Assembly (NCBI GenBank): GCA_037189525.1
Contig: JBBCJC010000003.1
Coordinates: 535,609-599,608, forward strand
From: Gemmatimonadales bacterium
GTDB lineage: Bacteria; Gemmatimonadota; Gemmatimonadetes; Gemmatimonadales; GWC2-71-9
DNA: 64,000 nucleotides
Direction: 5' to 3'
Shown piece by piece: positions 59,980 to 64,000 of the stretch (position 1 is its first letter; each line of letters opens with the position of its first letter). A program made the position numbers and the translations under genes. The notes beneath the pieces were generated by a model. It saw only the letters and a program-made list of their open reading frames with translations, searched no databases and was not told the DNA's origin.

Positions 59980-61244
59980 GCGATTCCGCGAGCCCGTTGG
60001 TGGAGGCCGTAGAGCTCAGTTACCGCGACGCCCTCGAATTTCTCTTTCCCAGAACGACCGCCATCAAGTTCGGACTCGAGCGCACCGAGCGTTTACTCGA
60101 GGCGCTCGGCAACCCCCATCACGTGATGCCCGTCGTGCATGTCGGCGGGACCAACGGGAAGGGGAGCGTCACGACACTCGTGGTTGCTGCGCTGGCGGCG
60201 GCCGGGTGGCGGGTCGGGACCTATACGTCGCCGCATCTGGTCGATTTCCGTGAGCGGGTTACCGTGGACGGAGTGCCGATCTCGGAAGCTGCCGTCGCGA
60301 TGTGGACCAACCGGCTGCGTGCCCTCATCGAGACCGAAGGCGCCACCTTTTTCGAAGCGACCACCGCGATTGCCTTTGCGGACCTGGCGGCGCGCGGGGC
60401 CGAGATTGCGGTGATCGAGGTCGGACTGGGTGGCCGGCTGGACAGCACCAACGTGGTTCGGCCGCTGGTGAGCGGAGTCACCAAGATCGCAATGGACCAC
60501 CAGAAGTACCTGGGCGACACGCTCGACCGGATTGCCGCGGAGAAGGCGTGGATTGCCAAGCCCGGGGCGCCGTTCGTCATCGGCGAAGAGGACCCGGCGG
60601 TGATCGCCGTGCTGGAATCGGAAGCTGCCCGGGCGGTTCAATCTCTCGATCCCGCAGCGCGGCCCGACCTGCGGCTGGTGCCCGCCGGAGCGGTGTGGGA
60701 GGGGCCGCTGGGCCTGGCAGGCCCGCATCAGCGGCGCAACGCGGCGGTGGCAGCTGCCATGCTGGCTGCCCTGCCGGAGCCCTACCGCCCCACCGCCCAG
60801 GCGACCGCCGAGGGGTTTGGGTCGGCGTTCGTGCCAGGCCGACTCGACCGGCGGGGAAAGTGGCTCTTCGACGTGGCGCACAATCCGGACGGGGTCCGGG
60901 CGTTGGTGCGGGCGCTCGAGGATCAGGGTCCGCCCAAGCCGATCCATGCCCTGGTCTCGATCCTGGGTGACAAGGAGTGGCCGGCCATGTTGGTCGAGCT
61001 CGACCGCGTCATCGATCAGGGCGTCCTCACGGTCGCGCCGTCGGCCGACACCCGGAAGTGGGATCTGGACTGGCTCCGCGCCTGGCTCGAACGGTCGGAT
61101 CGGCCGTCGCCGCACGCCCGCTGGCGGCTGATCGAGGACTTTCCGGCGGCGCTGGCGGAGGTCCAGCAGGGTGCCGGAACGGTGCTGGTCACCGGCTCGT
61201 TTCACACCGTGGGCGACGTCATGGCGGCGCTGGGTTTCGCCTGA
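59976..61244 (+). CDS. folC: Folylpolyglutamate synthase/dihydrofolate synthase
   Basis: GTNGKGS, YTSPHL, EVGLGGRLDSTN, DVAHN. Confidence 0.95.
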   Translation: MSDSASPLVEAVELSYRDALEFLFPRTTAIKFGLERTERLLEALGNPHHVMPVVHVGGTNGKGSVTTLVVAALAAAGWRVGTYTSPHLVDFRERVTVDGVPISEAAVAMWTNRLRALIETEGATFFEATTAIAFADLAARGAEIAVIEVGLGGRLDSTNVVRPLVSGVTKIAMDHQKYLGDTLDRIAAEKAWIAKPGAPFVIGEEDPAVIAVLESEAARAVQSLDPAARPDLRLVPAGAVWEGPLGLAGPHQRRNAAVAAAMLAALPEPYRPTAQATAEGFGSAFVPGRLDRRGKWLFDVAHNPDGVRALVRALEDQGPPKPIHALVSILGDKEWPAMLVELDRVIDQGVLTVAPSADTRKWDLDWLRAWLERSDRPSPHARWRLIEDFPAALAEVQQGAGTVLVTGSFHTVGDVMAALGFA

Positions 61245-61288
61245 TCGAGCGCCGTCCATAACCGGGGGGCCCCCGTCTATATTGGGGC

Positions 61289-62602
61289 ATGGCGATTCAG
61301 GCCCTCCCCGGTTTCCGTGACTTCCATCCAGATGATCTCGCCGCTCGGTCGCACCTCTTCGGGGCGATGCGGCGCGTGGCCTTACGGTACGGCTTTCAGG
61401 AGTACGACGGCCCGCCGCTCGAGTCGCTGGAGCTCTATACCCGGAAGAGCGGGGATGAGATCGTCGGCCAGCTCTACAATTTCCGGGACAAGGGCGATCG
61501 GGAGGTTGCGCTCCGGCCGGAGATGACCCCGACGCTGGCCCGGATGGTGGCGCCCAAAGCGGGCGCCCTCAAGAAGCCGATCCGGTGGTTCTCGATCCCG
61601 CAGCTGTTCCGCTACGAACGGCAGCAGCGCGGTCGTCTCCGGGAGCATTTCCAGCTCAACTGCGATCTGATCGGCGAGGCCGGTCCGCTGGCCGACGCCG
61701 AGATCGTGGCCCTCTGCATCGACGTGATGCGGGAACTGGGCCTGACCGAGGCCGACGTGCGGGTGCGGATTTCCGATCGGCGTCTGTTGACGGGGATCCT
61801 GACCCAACTCGGCCTCACGGATGCGCAGCGGACGCTGGCGTTTCAGGCGCTCGACAAGCTCGGGCGGAGTGAGTACGCTGCGCGGGAGGCGGCCCTCCGC
61901 ACTGCCGGCGTCGGCGACGCGGTGCTCGAGCGGCTGGCGGGGCTTGCCGCCATTACGAGTTGGGACGCCCTCGACGCGGCATTTCCGGAGCTGGGTGCGG
62001 ACGCGGCACCGCTCCGCGCCAGCTGGCAGGCGCTCGAGGCCATGGGACTCGGCGGATTCCTCGATCTCGATCTGACGATCGTGCGGGGGCTCGCGTACTA
62101 CACGGGTACGGTCTTCGAGTTGTTCGATGCCCAGCGGTCGCTGCGCGCCATCTGCGGCGGCGGGCGATACGACAATCTGCTGCAGGCCTTGGGCGGGGTC
62201 GATTTGCCGGCGCTCGGTTTCGGGATGGGCGATGTCGTCTTGGGAGAATTGCTGCGCGAACGCGGGCTCCTGCCGGGGGCGCCGGCCAGCGCGGATGTCT
62301 TCGTGGCCCAGGTCACTCCGGACGACCGCCCGCATGTGCTGGCGCTGACCCATCAGCTCCGGGATGCCGGGTTCCGGGTGGAGTTCCCGTTTGCGGAGCA
62401 GGCGATTGGCAAACAGCTCAAACTGGCCGACGCGCGTGGCGCGCGGGCCGTGGTGGTAATCGGGCCCGATGACCGGGCTCGTGGACACGTGATACTCAAG
62501 GACCTGTCGGCAGGGTCGCAGCTGGCCGTCGAGCCGGCCCGCCTGCCGGACGCACTCGATCACATGGGTATTTCCAGGGTCGCAGCTCGGCTCGAGAGAT
62601 AA
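61289..62602 (+). CDS. hisS: Histidine-tRNA ligase
   Basis: LRPEMTP, FRYERQQRGRLREH, RGLAYYTG, GGGRYD. Confidence 0.97.
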   Translation: MAIQALPGFRDFHPDDLAARSHLFGAMRRVALRYGFQEYDGPPLESLELYTRKSGDEIVGQLYNFRDKGDREVALRPEMTPTLARMVAPKAGALKKPIRWFSIPQLFRYERQQRGRLREHFQLNCDLIGEAGPLADAEIVALCIDVMRELGLTEADVRVRISDRRLLTGILTQLGLTDAQRTLAFQALDKLGRSEYAAREAALRTAGVGDAVLERLAGLAAITSWDALDAAFPELGADAAPLRASWQALEAMGLGGFLDLDLTIVRGLAYYTGTVFELFDAQRSLRAICGGGRYDNLLQALGGVDLPALGFGMGDVVLGELLRERGLLPGAPASADVFVAQVTPDDRPHVLALTHQLRDAGFRVEFPFAEQAIGKQLKLADARGARAVVVIGPDDRARGHVILKDLSAGSQLAVEPARLPDALDHMGISRVAARLER

Positions 62603-62611
62603 GGAATCGTC

Positions 62612-64000
62612 ATGTCGGACAACAAAGCACTCACGACGCGGGCGCAGGACTTCAGCGCCTGGTACAACGAACTGATCGCCCGCGCCGAACTGGCGGACTA
62701 CAGCCCGGTACGCGGCTGTATGGTGATTCGTCCGAACGGGTTTGCGATCTGGGAGCACATGCAGTTGGCGCTCGACCGGATGTTCAAAGACACCGGCGTG
62801 CAGAATGCGTACTTCCCGCTCTTCATTCCGCAGAGCTTCCTGGCCAAGGAAGCCGAGCACGTCGAGGGCTTTGCGCCGGAAACCGCGGTCGTCACGCATG
62901 GCGGTGGTAAGGAACTCGAGGAGCCGCTGGTGGTCCGGCCGACCTCGGAAACGATCATCGGGTCGATGATGGCCAAGTGGATTCAGAGCCATCGGGATCT
63001 CCCGATGCTGCTGAATCAGTGGTGCAACGTGGTGCGTTGGGAAATGCGGACCCGGCTCTTCCTGCGCACCACCGAGTTCCTCTGGCAGGAAGGGCATACG
63101 GCCCATGCCACCGAGGCGGACGCCGAGGCACGGACGCTCGAGATGCTGCAGGTGTATCGGCGGTTCCAGGAGGATTATCTCGCCATTCCGGTCATCTCGG
63201 GGCGGAAGAGCGAAAGCGAGAAGTTCGCGGGGGCGCTGCGCACCTACGCGCTCGAAGGCCTGATGCAGGACAACAAAGCCCTCCAGCTGGCGACCAGCCA
63301 TAATCTCGGGCAGAACTTTGCCAAGGCGTTCGACATCACGTATCAGACTGCGGACGGCGGTCTCGAACACGTCTGGAATACGTCGTGGGGCTCCTCGACC
63401 CGGATGATCGGTGGCATGATCATGGCGCACAGCGACGATGCCGGCTTCGTCTGTCCGCCTCGGCTGGCGCAGTGGCAGGTGGTGATCGTGCCGATCTACA
63501 AGACCGATGCGGAGCGAGTGACGGTATTCGAGGCTGCGACCCGGCTGGCTGCCGAGCTCAAGGCGCAGGAGCTGCGCGTCATGGTCGATATCCGAGAGGG
63601 GATCAAGCCGGGCGCCAAGTACTACGAGTGGGAAGGACGCGGGGTGCCGTTCCGGATCGAGATCGGTCCTCGCGATCTCACCACCAACTCGGTCATGCTC
63701 GCTCGGCGCGCAGGCGGGCCCAAGGCATCGTTTCCTCTCGCGGGACTCGGCGGGCGTCTGCATGGCGAGATCGATGCCATGCAGCGGGCGCTGCTCGATA
63801 CGGCGCGGACCCGACGGGAGGCCAACACGCTGCGTGGCCCCAAGAGCAAGCAGGAGTTCATCGACTACCTGGAAAGCGGTGGCGGAATGGTCTACGCCGG
63901 TTGGTGCGGAAGCCCGGCCGTCGAGGCCGAGATCAAGGAAGCGACCAAGGCCACCATTCGGGTCATTCCGGACCCGGAGTTCCGGTCGGCCACGCCGCCC
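62612..64000 (+). CDS. proS: Proline-tRNA ligase (archaeal/eukaryote-like type), runs off the window end
   Basis: Read from the DNA: MSDNKALTTRAQDFSAWY..., VRPTSET, NVVRWE, EFLWQEGH, SHNLGQNF, SWG. No stop codon before 64000. Confidence 0.95.
   Translation, partial: MSDNKALTTRAQDFSAWYNELIARAELADYSPVRGCMVIRPNGFAIWEHMQLALDRMFKDTGVQNAYFPLFIPQSFLAKEAEHVEGFAPETAVVTHGGGKELEEPLVVRPTSETIIGSMMAKWIQSHRDLPMLLNQWCNVVRWEMRTRLFLRTTEFLWQEGHTAHATEADAEARTLEMLQVYRRFQEDYLAIPVISGRKSESEKFAGALRTYALEGLMQDNKALQLATSHNLGQNFAKAFDITYQTADGGLEHVWNTSWGSSTRMIGGMIMAHSDDAGFVCPPRLAQWQVVIVPIYKTDAERVTVFEAATRLAAELKAQELRVMVDIREGIKPGAKYYEWEGRGVPFRIEIGPRDLTTNSVMLARRAGGPKASFPLAGLGGRLHGEIDAMQRALLDTARTRREANTLRGPKSKQEFIDYLESGGGMVYAGWCGSPAVEAEIKEATKATIRVIPDPEFRSATPP

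Overview
High-GC (roughly two-thirds G+C by eye) bacterial chromosome segment made almost entirely of core genes. Gene order and protein style suggest Gemmatimonadota; this is an inference. Gene order: infC-rpmI-rplT-pheST-zapB-like-zapA-rny-folD-xseAB-ispA-dxs-nadK-recN; a small accessory patch around tRNA-Leu(UAA) (secreted hypothetical protein, small basic KGG-like protein, HmuY lipoprotein plus TonB-dependent receptor, LOG, PPK2, pilin-like pair); aroA-cmk-rpsA; an acyl-CoA carboxylase cluster; rplM-rpsI-rpsB-tsf-pyrH-frr-uppS-cdsA-dxr; aroF-pheA-aroH; rseP, hemH, an MFS transporter, rpsO-pnp, ald, dut, mreBCD-mrdA-rodA, accD-folC-hisS-proS. No CRISPR array, transposase or phage gene was seen. 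The most striking unannotated signal is at 40392-40545: a 31-aa leader peptide with 4 Phe and 4 Tyr in 14 codons and a complete protector/antiterminator/terminator structure. It sits in front of a DAHP synthase-prephenate dehydratase-chorismate mutase operon whose first two enzymes lack their allosteric domains, and the whole module lies between dxr and rseP. Other non-coding signals are an L20-leader-like RNA with a probable CTG start for infC, an S2 (t44-type) leader, an FNR-like palindrome on the rplM promoter, and several probable leaderless genes.
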